Positions 8,467 through 18,539 of a DNA stretch of 64,000 nt are shown here, piece by piece. A program made the position numbers and the translations under genes. Every line of letters begins with the position of its first letter. Position 1 is the first letter of the stretch. The stretch is from the NCBI GenBank assembly GCA_963750165.1, contig CAVVPN010000003.1, forward strand, positions 3,072,001-3,136,000. The letters run 5' to 3'. The stretch is from an uncultured Gemmataceae bacterium. GTDB lineage: Bacteria; Planctomycetota; Planctomycetia; Gemmatales; Gemmataceae. The notes beneath the pieces are model-generated. The model was given only the letters and a program-made list of their open reading frames with translations. It did not search any database and was not told where the DNA came from.

Positions 8467-10545
8467 TCACGGTCGTCGGGCAGCAATTTGGGTGCAGTCC
8501 CACACCAGGACGGTGCCGTTGTGCATGCCGGACAGGAGCCGGTTACCGTCCGGCGAAAACGTCAGGGTGGAAACAAAGCCCTCGTCGCCGACGAAGGACG
8601 CGACCTCCTTGCCGGTCTTCACGTCCCAGATGCGGATGCGCGCCGGGTCCGGCACGTCGCCCAGGCGGAGCGGAGAGCCCGCCGCGGACGCCAGCCATCG
8701 GCCATCGGGCGAGAACGCCAGCACAGACACACGCCGCTTGTCCCTGCCGAAGTCCTCGGGCAGTCCGAAAACCGGCTTTTGCTTGGTGAGGTCCCACAGC
8801 TGAATGCGCCAGTCCCCCGAGGCCAGCGTTTTACCGTCGGCCGACAGGGCCACGGCGCTCCCCTGGTCCGTGCTGAGGACGCGCTGATGTTGACCGGATT
8901 CCAGGTCGATGGCGTAGAGGTCCGTGGTAATCAGTCGCCGGTTCTGGTCGTTTCGGATAGCCACGAGCGCCGTTTTTCCGTCCGGGGAGAGCAGCGGTTT
9001 GCCGATCAACCCCGTATTCGCTCCCCAGACCGATTCCCCTGCCAGTACCTCGGACTGCACGACCGGTCGCTTGCCTGCCACGTCCCAGATCACTAACCGG
9101 GCGTCGAAGTAGACCAGGCGCTTGCCGCCGGCGGTGAACGCGCCCCAGCAGACCTGGCCCGCCTGCTCCGGAACTGTCGTGATGGTCTTACCACTGGCCA
9201 CGTCCCAGATCGCCAGGGGTTTGTTCTTCACGTTGCTCCCAGAGTAGATGAAATTCGTCGGCACGAACGGGGCGCCGGCGAGTCGCTTGCCGTCCGGGCT
9301 GAATGACAGCGACTGGGCGTTGCCGTCGAGGCTGCGCACCAGTCCCCAGGTGCGCGTGTCCCACAGGCGCACCTGCCAGCGGTCGCCGCCGCTGGCCAGC
9401 AGGCGGCCGTCCGGCGAGAACGTCAGGCAGCGCACCGCCGAGTCGTGGCCGATCACGTCGGTGTGCAGTTCCTTGCCGGTGGCGATATTCCACAGATGCA
9501 CCTGACTGTAGTTCGTGCCGACCGCGAACGTCCGACCGTCGGGGGACAGGGCGGCCCGACTGCCGCCCTGGACCAGGCGCCGGCCGAGGCGCGACCGCAA
9601 CACCTTCTTCTCCAGATCCCAGACGAGGACTTCCGTTTCGTCGGTGGCGGTGACCAGGGTCTTTCCTTCCGCCGTGAAACCGAGACCGATGCACCAGCGC
9701 ACGGGCGCCTCCAGCCGCGCCTGTTCGCGGCCACTGGCGACTTCCCAGACGAGCAGGTGATCCGTGGTCACGGTGGCCAGGGATTTGCCGTCCGCCGAAA
9801 ACGTCAGTTTGGTGATGCCCGTGTTTTTGGGGTGCTCGAACGCGCGCAGCACCTTGCCGGTGGCCACGTCCCAGAGCTGCACCTCGTCGGGGTTCCGTCT
9901 CAGGATCACCGCCAGGGCCTTGCCGTCCGGGGAGAACACGAATTCATCGACGAAGGTGTTTTTGAAGTGCTTGCGCCAGCGTTCCTTGCCGGTCGCGGCG
10001 TCGCCGAGGTACACGCCGAAGCTGTTGCCGACCGCAACGCTTCTGCCATCACGGGAGAACCGCAGGTCGCTGGCGCCAAACTCCTTCGGCACCGCCAGGC
10101 TACGCAGGTACTTGCCGGTGGTTACGTCCCAGAGGGTGACCTGGCCGGCGTACAGGTCGGGGAAGCCGTTCTGCGAGAGGTTGCGGTGGGCGACGGCCAG
10201 CACCTTGCCGTCGGCGGTAAAGTCCAGGCAGTGGCGGGACAGCCAGCCCACGCAGCCGAGCGGCAACTGGTGCAGCCGTTTGCCGGTCGTCGCCTGCCAG
10301 AGAATGATCTTGCCCGCACAGGAGCCGGCGAGGACGCGGCCGTCGGGGGAGTACGCCAGCGCCGAGGTCGAGCCGTCGTGCCGCCAGCGCAGCATGCCCA
10401 GTCGGGCGACGGCGCCGGCCGGCAGCGGATCGCCGTCGCGGTCCACGGCCGGTGGCGTTTTCTGCGGCGTGACGGGGGTGCCAAAAGTGGCGTGACACGG
10501 CAGCAACGCCAAGCAGGCGATCAGCACGGCGCGGTTCAGGGACAT
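8467..10545 (-). CDS. Secreted WD40 repeat (beta-propeller) protein
   Basis: Signal peptide; DRDGDPLPAGAVARLG leader; many FSPDG.../LWD..TGK repeats. Confidence 0.92.
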   Translation of the reverse strand: MSLNRAVLIACLALLPCHATFGTPVTPQKTPPAVDRDGDPLPAGAVARLGMLRWRHDGSTSALAYSPDGRVLAGSCAGKIILWQATTGKRLHQLPLGCVGWLSRHCLDFTADGKVLAVAHRNLSQNGFPDLYAGQVTLWDVTTGKYLRSLAVPKEFGASDLRFSRDGRSVAVGNSFGVYLGDAATGKERWRKHFKNTFVDEFVFSPDGKALAVILRRNPDEVQLWDVATGKVLRAFEHPKNTGITKLTFSADGKSLATVTTDHLLVWEVASGREQARLEAPVRWCIGLGFTAEGKTLVTATDETEVLVWDLEKKVLRSRLGRRLVQGGSRAALSPDGRTFAVGTNYSQVHLWNIATGKELHTDVIGHDSAVRCLTFSPDGRLLASGGDRWQVRLWDTRTWGLVRSLDGNAQSLSFSPDGKRLAGAPFVPTNFIYSGSNVKNKPLAIWDVASGKTITTVPEQAGQVCWGAFTAGGKRLVYFDARLVIWDVAGKRPVVQSEVLAGESVWGANTGLIGKPLLSPDGKTALVAIRNDQNRRLITTDLYAIDLESGQHQRVLSTDQGSAVALSADGKTLASGDWRIQLWDLTKQKPVFGLPEDFGRDKRRVSVLAFSPDGRWLASAAGSPLRLGDVPDPARIRIWDVKTGKEVASFVGDEGFVSTLTFSPDGNRLLSGMHNGTVLVWDCTQIAARRP

Positions 10546-10655
10546 GCGGCGGCCTCCGGGAACAGAGGGGGAGTTGGGCACTTCAGTGTATCGCAGTCCG
10601 TCGTTCGGGCCAACGGTTTTCCAGGCTGCGGCGCGGCTCGGTGTCGCCGAGGCAC

Positions 10656-10750
10656 GCGCGCTAAGGAGGCGCCGAACAACAACTTCGTAGGACGGCTCTC
10701 CAGAGCCGTCCTACTCTTGGAAGTTGTTGTTCGGCGCCTCCTTAGCGCGC
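10656..10750. repeat. Nested inverted repeat: 31-bp perfect arms around a GTAGGACGGCTCT palindrome
   Basis: GCGCGCTAAGGAGGCGCCGAACAACAACTTC and its exact reverse complement flank GTAGGACGGCTCTCCAGAGCCGTCCTAC. Confidence 0.9.
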
Positions 10751-11706
10751 GCCTGTAAAGCGGCATGATACAGGTGCGGCAGTGTGACGCGATGATCGCC
10801 GCTGACGTAAAAACTCTCGCCGCCGTCCGCGACCGTGCGCACCAGGATCGTCTTCCACGGCCGATAATAATAGCGCGGATCCGTCTTCGGCGCCTGCTGA
10901 TGATAATCGCCCTCCAGCGGGATCAGGTCGAAGACAGCCGTCGTGAAATGGCGGATGTGCCGGCCCTCCTGGTGGGCCACGTTACGGGCCATCGCCAGCG
11001 CCTTCAGATACACCTCTGGCCCCATGACCGCGGAGCCGAAGTTCAGCAGGACGCCGCCCTCCAGCTGCGTCACCGCCTGCGTGAACACCAGGAAGTCCTG
11101 ATAGCTGGTCTGGCCGAGGGCGGCGCCGTCGCAGTTGGGGTGCTCGTGCAGGATGTCGTAGCCGACGCCGACGTGGACCGTCACCGGCACGCCCAGCCGC
11201 GCCGCCGCGGCCAGCACGCTCACGTCCCGGTGCGGGAACGGCCCGTCGAGAATGGCCCGGCCCAGCGCCTCGCCGAGGCCCATGCCGGTGTGGGCGGCGT
11301 AGCGGATCACGTCGTTCATGCGGCCGGTCTCGCGCCACAGACCGAACTCGCCGGTCTGAATGTAGCGGGCGACGCTCTCGGTGCTGGCGCCGATCAACGC
11401 GAACTCCCAGTCGTGGATCGGCCCAGCGCCGTTCATGGCGAGGTGCGTGAGCAGACCGCGCTCCATCAGGTCGATGAGGTAGCGGGCGACGCCGGCGCGG
11501 AGCACGTGTGCCCCCATCAGCAGGACACGCGCCCGGCCGGCGCGTTTGGCCTCGACCAAGCGGCGGCCGAGGACCGGCAGTGCGTCGTGCTGGAACGGCG
11601 GCAGCGGCGCGTCGAGCGGTAGCAGGACACTCAGGTCGAGGTCGTGCTGCCGCTCCGCCAGAGGCTTGATGAGCAGACGCGAACGGTCGAATGCGGGGTA
11701 GGGCAT
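10711..11706 (-). CDS. Deoxyhypusine-synthase-like fold protein (GSU2086-like), function unknown
   Basis: MGAHVLRAG, THLAMNGAGPIHDWE, PVTVHVGVGYDILHEHP, GSAVMGPEVYLKAL. Confidence 0.7.
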   Translation of the reverse strand: MPYPAFDRSRLLIKPLAERQHDLDLSVLLPLDAPLPPFQHDALPVLGRRLVEAKRAGRARVLLMGAHVLRAGVARYLIDLMERGLLTHLAMNGAGPIHDWEFALIGASTESVARYIQTGEFGLWRETGRMNDVIRYAAHTGMGLGEALGRAILDGPFPHRDVSVLAAAARLGVPVTVHVGVGYDILHEHPNCDGAALGQTSYQDFLVFTQAVTQLEGGVLLNFGSAVMGPEVYLKALAMARNVAHQEGRHIRHFTTAVFDLIPLEGDYHQQAPKTDPRYYYRPWKTILVRTVADGGESFYVSGDHRVTLPHLYHAALQARAKEAPNNNFQE

Positions 11707-11729
11707 GGGAACATCCTGTGAAAAAGAGT

Positions 11730-11853
11730 AGCCACAGAGGACACAGAGAACACAGAGAGAAAAAGAGAAGAAAAGTAAAAGTCAGGAAGCCGGGTGATTC
11801 AATCGTCTTTTCCTCTGTTTTTCCTCTCTGTGTCCTTTGTGTCCTCTGTGGCT
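11730..11853. repeat. REP-like hairpin with 9-nt CACAGAG.A tandem arms
   Basis: AGCCACAGAGGACACAGAGAACACAGAGAG...CTCTCTGTGTCCTTTGTGTCCTCTGTGGCT. Confidence 0.85.
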
Positions 11854-11859
11854 CAATTC

Positions 11860-12726
11860 TTAATACAGCAGCGTCGCCAGCCGGTTGCGGTAGTCGTCGG
11901 CCAGGGTGCTGCGCACGCCGATGACGTGGAAAATCTTGACCATCGCCAGCCGCCCCTTATCCGCCCCCAGGCCCGAGTTCAACTCCGCCGCGCTCAGCAG
12001 CAGCGTCAGCGCCTCCTCGTAGCGCCCCGCCGCCGCCACGACGACGCCGAGTTCGTAGCGCACCTGCGCGTCCTTCGGATTCGCCTCCAGCTGCTTGCGC
12101 AACGTCGCCTCGTCACCGAACGGCTTGGCCGTCTGGTGCAGGAACACCAGCCCCGCCAGGCGCTCCGCTTCGGCCCCTTCCGCACCTTCGCTGCCGACCT
12201 CGCTAAGCAGTTCCGTCACCTCCGCTTCCTTGCCCTGCGCCAGCAGCAGCCGGGCCAGCCCCAGCCGCGCCGCCTCGTGGTGCCGGTCCTGCGCCAGCAC
12301 CCGGCGGTACAACGGCTCCGCCTCCGCCGGCTTGACGGACTCCAGCGCTGCTGCCTGCTTGACCAGGCGCTCGACCTCACTCGGGCCGACCCGGTCCAGG
12401 AACAGCCGCAATTGCGGCTCGGGCAGCACGCCCTCGAAGTCGAGCACCGCCCGGCCGTCGCGGAAGGCGATCACCAGCGGAATCGAACTGATCTGGAACT
12501 GCTGCGCCAGCACCGGCGCCTCATCGACGTTGACCTTCGCCAGGATCACGTCGCCGCCGCGCTCCTGCACCAGCCGCTCCAGCACTGGCCCCAGCGCCCG
12601 GCACGGCCCGCACCACGGCGCCCAGAAATCGACCACGACCGGCTGCCGGTGCGACCGCTCCAGCACCTCCCGCGTGAAATCCGCCTCGGTGACATCAATG
12701 ACCCAGGTTGTCTCTGCTGCACTCAC
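11860..12726 (-). CDS. cnoX: Thioredoxin-TPR chaperedoxin (CnoX/YbbN family)
   Basis: VVDFWAPWCGPC, AKVNVDE, TPR helices, C-terminal YRNRLATLLY; GTG start after GGAG. Confidence 0.88.
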   Translation of the reverse strand: MSAAETTWVIDVTEADFTREVLERSHRQPVVVDFWAPWCGPCRALGPVLERLVQERGGDVILAKVNVDEAPVLAQQFQISSIPLVIAFRDGRAVLDFEGVLPEPQLRLFLDRVGPSEVERLVKQAAALESVKPAEAEPLYRRVLAQDRHHEAARLGLARLLLAQGKEAEVTELLSEVGSEGAEGAEAERLAGLVFLHQTAKPFGDEATLRKQLEANPKDAQVRYELGVVVAAAGRYEEALTLLLSAAELNSGLGADKGRLAMVKIFHVIGVRSTLADDYRNRLATLLY

Positions 12727-12822
12727 GCCCTTGCTCCTCGCGTTATTCTCCGGGGCGATGGTTCCGCTTATTTTAGCAATCGGTGGCGTTTCGTCTTTTG
12801 GGCGACAACCGAGGTCACAATC

Positions 12823-13215
12823 ATGGCGGACGACGTGCGTGAGGAAGTGCTGCGGCTCAACCAGCGTCTGCTGGACAGCATCGCCCTGGCGGACTGGGAG
12901 ACGTACACGGAGCTGTGCGACGCGAGTCTGACGGCCTTCGAGCCGGAGGCGGTCGGCCAGCTGGTGCAGGGGCTGGAGTTCCACCGCTTCTACTTCCAGC
13001 TCGGCGGCGCGAAGGAGCCGCACGTCACGACGATGGCGTCGCCGCAGGTGCGGTTGCTCGGCGACGTGGCGGTGGTGACCTACGTGCGGCTCAACCAGCG
13101 CGTCGGTGCCGCGGGGCCAACCACGACCGCGACCGAGGAGACGCGCATCTGGCACCACCAGGACGGCCGCTGGCGGCACGTCCATTTCCACCGCTCCGCG
13201 AGCGGTGGTCGGTGA
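12823..13215 (+). CDS. Stand-alone CaMKII association (hub)-like NTF2-fold protein (DUF4440)
   Basis: LTAFEPEAVGQLVQGLEFHRFYF, YVRLNQ, EETRIWH, VHFHRS. Confidence 0.88.
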   Translation: MADDVREEVLRLNQRLLDSIALADWETYTELCDASLTAFEPEAVGQLVQGLEFHRFYFQLGGAKEPHVTTMASPQVRLLGDVAVVTYVRLNQRVGAAGPTTTATEETRIWHHQDGRWRHVHFHRSASGGR

Positions 13216-13258
13216 CCGTTTCGCCCGGGCACCGCGCCCGCGGCTGCGCGGCGCGTGG

Positions 13259-14020
13259 TTATTTGCCACCCCATTTATCCTTGAATTTCCCCCCCTCTTT
13301 CCATTTCGGCTGGTCGCGGAACTCGCCGGAGCCGGGGAACGAGTGGATCCACTCTTCGACCTCGGGCCGGTCCTTGCGCAGATCCTCCCGCCAGCGAAAA
13401 TCGCTGCGATCCGGCAACCAGTAGCCGGTGTCGTTGTCCTTCTCGAAGAAATCCACACCGTGCTGTTTCTTGCCCTTGAACTCGTAGGCGTAGAAGATGA
13501 TTTTCTTGCCGGCGTAGTCCACCTCCTTGCGGATGTCCAGGGTGCGGATTTTCTCCTCGTCGCGCTTGCCGTTCATGATTTTGCCCAGTTCCATCATGGC
13601 GCGAAAGTCCATGTCGCTCAGCATCCTGGATTGCGAGACGATGGAGTCCCTGGGGGTGGAGAAGTTGTACTTGCGCAGGCCGCCGCCGAGCGGGTCGCGA
13701 AACAGTGTCAGGCCGAGGGCCGCCAGCGCCACGAGCAGGGCCAGGCCGCCCATGAGGAAGCCGAGCAGCCCCAGCACGGAGCGGCGCGGCCGATCCGCGG
13801 CCGCGGCCCGCCGCGTCCGTGGGGCGGGCTCGTCGTACTCCGGCTCCTCGTGCCGCCGGGCTGGCGGCGGCGGGGGTTCGTCGTAGGCGGGTGACCGCGG
13901 TTCATAGGACGCGGCGGCGACCGTGAACAGGGTACGGCACTGCGGGCACTTGACCGAGCGGCCGACCGCCGTCTCCGGGACACTGGCACGGGCGCCGCAG
14001 CTGGGGCATTGGATAATCAT
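13259..14020 (-). CDS. Zinc-ribbon (MJ0042-type) membrane protein
   Basis: CPSC...GRSVKCPQC, Pro/charged linker, one TM helix, C-terminal soluble domain. Confidence 0.82.
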   Translation of the reverse strand: MIIQCPSCGARASVPETAVGRSVKCPQCRTLFTVAAASYEPRSPAYDEPPPPPARRHEEPEYDEPAPRTRRAAAADRPRRSVLGLLGFLMGGLALLVALAALGLTLFRDPLGGGLRKYNFSTPRDSIVSQSRMLSDMDFRAMMELGKIMNGKRDEEKIRTLDIRKEVDYAGKKIIFYAYEFKGKKQHGVDFFEKDNDTGYWLPDRSDFRWREDLRKDRPEVEEWIHSFPGSGEFRDQPKWKEGGKFKDKWGGK

Positions 14021-14145
14021 GGCATGGACGCGACTGGGGTTGTGATCGGCGGAAGCAACGCTGGTCGTATTGTGACGGCCCGCTGCGGCCGATGCAACGT
14101 GAAAGCCGAGCCCGGTGCGCCGGTCTGTTTCCGTAGAATCACCGC

Positions 14146-15474
14146 ATGACCGACCTTCTCGAACGCCTGTTCCGGCTGCGCGAGCACGGGTCCAGCCTGC
14201 GCGCCGAGGTGCTGGGTGGCGCCACCACCTTCCTGACAATGGCGTACATCATCGTCGTCAACCCGGCCATCCTGGAAAAAGCGGGGCTGCCGGCCGGCCC
14301 GAGCACGGTGGCCACGGTGCTGGCGGCGGTGTTCGGCTGTCTGCTGATGGGCCTGTACGCCAACCGGCCGCTGGCGGTGGCGCCGTACATGGGCGAAAAC
14401 GCCTTCCTCGCCTTCAGCCTGACCGCGACAGTCACCTGGCAGCAGCGGCTCGGCAGCGTCTTCGTCGCCGGCGTCGCCTTCTTCATCCTGACGCTGCTCG
14501 GTCTGCGGTCGTGGTTGGCCGGGGCCGTGTCGCCAAGTTTGAAGCACAGTTTCGCGGTCGGCATCGGGCTGTTCCTGTTGCTGCTCGGCATGCACCAGAC
14601 CGGCATCGTCACCAACGGCCCGTCCACGGAAGTGCCGCTCAAGCTCGGCGACTGGCGCGACCCGCGCGTGCTGCTGGCGCTGGCGGGCTTCGTGCTGATC
14701 GCGGTGCTGCTGTACTGGCGGGTGCGCGGCGGCATCCTGCTCGGCGTCATCGCGGTGGCGGTTGTCGGTTACGCCTGTGGCTTCGGCGAGGCGCCCGCCG
14801 CGGTGTTCACCGACCTGGGCAGCGACACCTACGACCTGGGCCGGGTCGCCTATCATCTGGACATTGCGGGCGTGTTGCAACTCAGTTTCCTGCCAATCTT
14901 GCTGACGCTGTTCCTCGTCAGTTTCCTGGACACGCTGGGCACGCTGGTCGGCGTCGGGGCGGCGGCCGGCATGCTGGACACCCAAGGCAACGTCAAGGAC
15001 ATTGAAAAGCCGATGCTGGTGGACGCGGCGTCGTGCATGTTCAGCGCCGTGATCGGCACGTCCACGAGCGGGGCGTTCATCGAGTCGGCGGCAGGCATCC
15101 GCGAGGGGGCGCGGACCGGCCTGGCCGCGGTGACGACCGGACTGCTGTTCGCGCTGGCACTGCTGTTCCTGCCGCTGTTCCAGCCGCTGCAACAGTTGAA
15201 GTATGCCTACGGGCCGGCGCTGATGGCGGTCGGGCTGCTGATGGTGGCGTCGATCAACAACATTGACTTCGACGACCTGACGGAAGCGACGCCGGCGCTG
15301 GCGGCGATCGCGCTGATGCTGTTCAGTTACAACATCGCCAACGGCCTGACCGCCGGTTTGATCCTGTATCCGGTGTTCAAACTCTTGACCGGGCGCTGGC
15401 GCGAGGTGACACTCGGACAGGGTATTTTGGCGGGTTTGTGCCTGGTGTATTTCGTGTACGGGCTGCCGCATTGA
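14146..15474 (+). CDS. NCS2/AzgA-family purine nucleobase permease
   Basis: EVLGGATTFLTMAYIIVVNP, APYMGENAF, DTLGTL, FIESAAGIREGARTGL, FSYNIANG. Confidence 0.93.
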   Translation: MTDLLERLFRLREHGSSLRAEVLGGATTFLTMAYIIVVNPAILEKAGLPAGPSTVATVLAAVFGCLLMGLYANRPLAVAPYMGENAFLAFSLTATVTWQQRLGSVFVAGVAFFILTLLGLRSWLAGAVSPSLKHSFAVGIGLFLLLLGMHQTGIVTNGPSTEVPLKLGDWRDPRVLLALAGFVLIAVLLYWRVRGGILLGVIAVAVVGYACGFGEAPAAVFTDLGSDTYDLGRVAYHLDIAGVLQLSFLPILLTLFLVSFLDTLGTLVGVGAAAGMLDTQGNVKDIEKPMLVDAASCMFSAVIGTSTSGAFIESAAGIREGARTGLAAVTTGLLFALALLFLPLFQPLQQLKYAYGPALMAVGLLMVASINNIDFDDLTEATPALAAIALMLFSYNIANGLTAGLILYPVFKLLTGRWREVTLGQGILAGLCLVYFVYGLPH

Positions 15475-15496
15475 GCGCGGCTGTGAGGTGTGAGCG

Positions 15497-17451
15497 ATGG
15501 GAAAAAGATGGATGGTCGTTGGCGTCGCCTTGCTCCTGCTGGTGGCGCCCGTCGCGGCACAGCAGTCGCCAAAAAAAATCCCGGTGCTCATCGACACCGA
15601 CGCCGACCTGGACGACGCCCTGGCCCTGGCCCTGGCCGTGGTCAGCCCGGAACTGGACGTGCGCGGCGTCACCACCGTGGCCGGCGACACGCACACACGG
15701 GCGCAGCTGGTGGCGCGGCTGCTGTACGAGGCTGGCCGCAAGGACATCCCCGTCGCGGCCGCCGGCAAGCCGCGCAAGCCGCCGGAGACCGCCGGATTGT
15801 TGCAGTACGGCCTGCGCGCGGGCCGCGCAATCCTCTGCAAAAAGCGGACGCCGTCCGCTTCCTGTACGCGCAGCTCAAGCAGCACCCCGGCGAACTGACC
15901 CTGCTGGCGCTCGGGCCGCTGACGAATGTCGCGGAGCTGCTGGCGAAGCACCCCGACTGCAAACCGTGGATCAAGCGCCTGGTCGTCATGGGCGGCGCGG
16001 TGCGCATCGGCTACAACGGCAAGCCGCCGCCCGAGCCGGAGTGGAACATCAAGGGCGATGTCAAGGCGGCGCAGGCGGTGTTCGCGTCCGGCCTGCCGCT
16101 GACCGTCGTGCCGCTCGACGCCACCGCGACGCTGGCCCTGTCGCCGGGGCAGCGCGACCGGGTGCTGCGCCACGGCAACGCGCTGAACCGGCAGCTGCGT
16201 GTTCTGGCCGATCTGTGGCCGGACGGCGAGAAACCGATCATCCCGTTCGACGCCGCCGCGGTCGCCATCTGCTTCGAATCGAAGTTTTTCAAGACCGAAA
16301 AACTCCGCATTGAGATGGACCAGGGCCTGACCCGCAGCGTCGCGGGCAAACCGAACGCGCTGGTGGCGACCGCCGTCGAGAAGGAAAAATTCCTGGCGTG
16401 GTACGTCGAGCGCGTGGCCCCGGCCGGCGCCAAACCGGCGCCACCGGACAAGCTGAAGTTGACCAACGTGGCCAAACCGGTGCCGCGCGGCGGCTTCCCG
16501 GATCGCGTCCATGTCACCGAGACATTTCAGACGGCCATCGAGCAGCGCTGGTGGCTGAGCGGCCGGCTCGTCGCGGAGCGCGCCAGCGAACGCAAGTACC
16601 TCCGCGCCGCCCTGTGCCACGACTTCGACGATCGCATGGGTGACGCGAAGGCGCTGTACCGGGCAGTGATCTTCAACCCAGTGCCAGGGCCGCCCCTGGG
16701 TAAGCGGACGCATCTGAGTTTCCACTATCGCATCGACAAGGCGACCACCCTGCGCGTGCAGATTTACAGTCTGAGCAAAGGGTATCATCGCCACCTGACG
16801 CTGACGGACCTGCCTGCAGGCCGCTGGCAACACGTCACCGTCGATCTGACGCAGGCGCGGCGGCCAGACGGCAGCGGCGGCCCGCTGTCGGAGGATGAAC
16901 GCATCGACGACATCCAGTTCTACACCGACGCCGCGGCGGTGCTGACCATCGACGACATCGTGCTGTTCGAGGCCGCGGCACCCGGCGAGCAGCGGCCGTT
17001 CCCGAAAGCCATCGGTTACACAGCCTGGTTCGACACCGGCAAGCAGGGCGGCGAGTGGCCGGGCGATTTCGCCATCGTCGCCAAGAAGGGGCCGAATGGC
17101 TGGAAGGCGGCACACTCGATCTACGACCCGAAGGAGCAGCGGCACTGGATTCGCCTGGACCTGCGCGGGCAGCGGCCGCTGGCGGACTGCACGCACCTGC
17201 GTTTCCGCTACCACCTGACCGCGGCGGCGAGCGTCCGCGTGGTGTTGCGGCACAACCTTGGCGAGGAGAAGTTCCGCGTCCTGGTGGAAAACCTCAAAAC
17301 GGAGCAGTGGGCCGAGGCGGTGGTGGAACTGGTGCCGGCGGGCAGGGTGCGGCCGGGGCTGGCGGTCAACGAACTGACGTTCGCGGTCGGCTCGGAGTCG
17401 GCGCTGCTGATCGACGACGTGATCCTGTTCGCACCGGGGAAAAAGGAGTGA
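15497..17451 (+). CDS. Secreted nucleoside hydrolase with two C-terminal jelly-roll (carbohydrate-binding-like) domains; frameshift near 15810-15830
   Basis: One frame gives signal peptide + [21 protein letters not shown]; another continues [29 protein letters not shown]; two repeats ending (L)IDD(I/V)(V/I)LF. Confidence 0.82.
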
Positions 17452-17455
17452 CGCC

Positions 17456-18411
17456 GTGCCGCCGTTCTGCGCTGCGGTGGTCCAGGCCGGTCCGGTCGTC
17501 TTCGACGTGCCGCGCACCCTGGACAAGCTCCGCGACCTGACCGCTGACGCCGCCCGCCGCGGCGCCCGCCTGGCCGTCTTCCCCGAGGCGTTCGTGTCGG
17601 CCTATCCGAAGGGCCTCGACTTTGGCGTCCGCCTCGGCTCGCGCACGCCGGAGGGCCGCGAGGAGTTCCGCCGCTATTTCTACAGTGCCATCGACGTGCC
17701 CGGCCCGGCGACCGCGGCCATCGGAGCGGCGGCGCGGGCGGGCGGCCTGTTCCTGGTGGTCGGCGTGATTGAGCGCGACGGCGGCACGCTGTACTGCACG
17801 GCGCTGTTCTTCGGCCCGGACGGCCAGCTGCTCGGCAAGCACCGCAAGCTGATGCCGACGGCCCTGGAGCGTGTCGTCTGGGGCCAGGGCGACGGCTCGA
17901 CGCTCCCCGTGCTCGACACGCCGCTGGGCCGGCTCGGGGCCGTCATTTGCTGGGAAAACTACATGCCGCTGCTGCGAACTGCCATGTACGCCAAGGGCGT
18001 GCAGCTGTACTGCGCCCGACCGTGGACGACCGCGATACCTGGCTGCCGACGATGCGGCATGTGGCGCTGGAGGGCCGCTGTTTTGTGCTGTCGGCGTGCC
18101 AGTTTCTGCGGCGCGGCGACTGCCCGGCCGAGTATGCGTGCGCCCAGGGTGACGACCCGGCGGCGGTGCTGATCCGCGGCGGCAGTTGCATTGTCGGGCC
18201 GCTGGGCCAGGTGCTGGCGGGGCCGCACTTCGGCGGCGAGGAGATGCTGACGGCGGAGGTGGACTTGCAGGAGATCGCCCGGGGGAAGTTTGATTTTGAC
18301 GTGGTCGGACATTATGCGCGGCCGGATGTGTTTCGGTTGACGGTCAATGAGCGGCCGAGGACGGCGGTGGCGTGGGAGAACGAATCGTCTTCACCGAGGG
18401 ACAGTGACTGA
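17456..18411 (+). CDS. Nitrilase (carbon-nitrogen hydrolase, branch 1); frameshift near 18015
   Basis: [20 protein letters not shown] triad; continues PTVDDRDTW...[10 protein letters not shown]...[10 protein letters not shown] in a second frame. Confidence 0.9.
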
Positions 18412-18466
18412 CGTTCGGAAAAAGGGCGACGTTTATGGGATTACGACCTGGAGGGGATCGCGCTGA

Positions 18467-18535
18467 TTCTTCGCCCCGAAGGGGCGAAGAAGCCCGCAGC
18501 ACGAGCAAAGAGCACCCTTGCTGTCGCTGCGGGCT
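18467..18535. repeat. Two adjacent REP-like palindromes between convergent genes
   Basis: TTCTTCGCCCCGAAGGGGCGAAGA (same family as 31631-31919) and AGCCCGCAGCACGAGCAA...TTGCTGTCGCTGCGGGCT. Confidence 0.75.
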
Positions 18536-18539
18536 CTGA

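Noticed and set aside
7788..8486. Prophage or integrated plasmid marked by the primase-like gene
   Set aside because: No integrase, structural, helicase or att features nearby.
11860..13458. 532-aa version of the thioredoxin-TPR ORF
   Set aside because: The N-terminal extension overlaps two real genes; GTG at 12726 has an RBS and gives the family-typical length.
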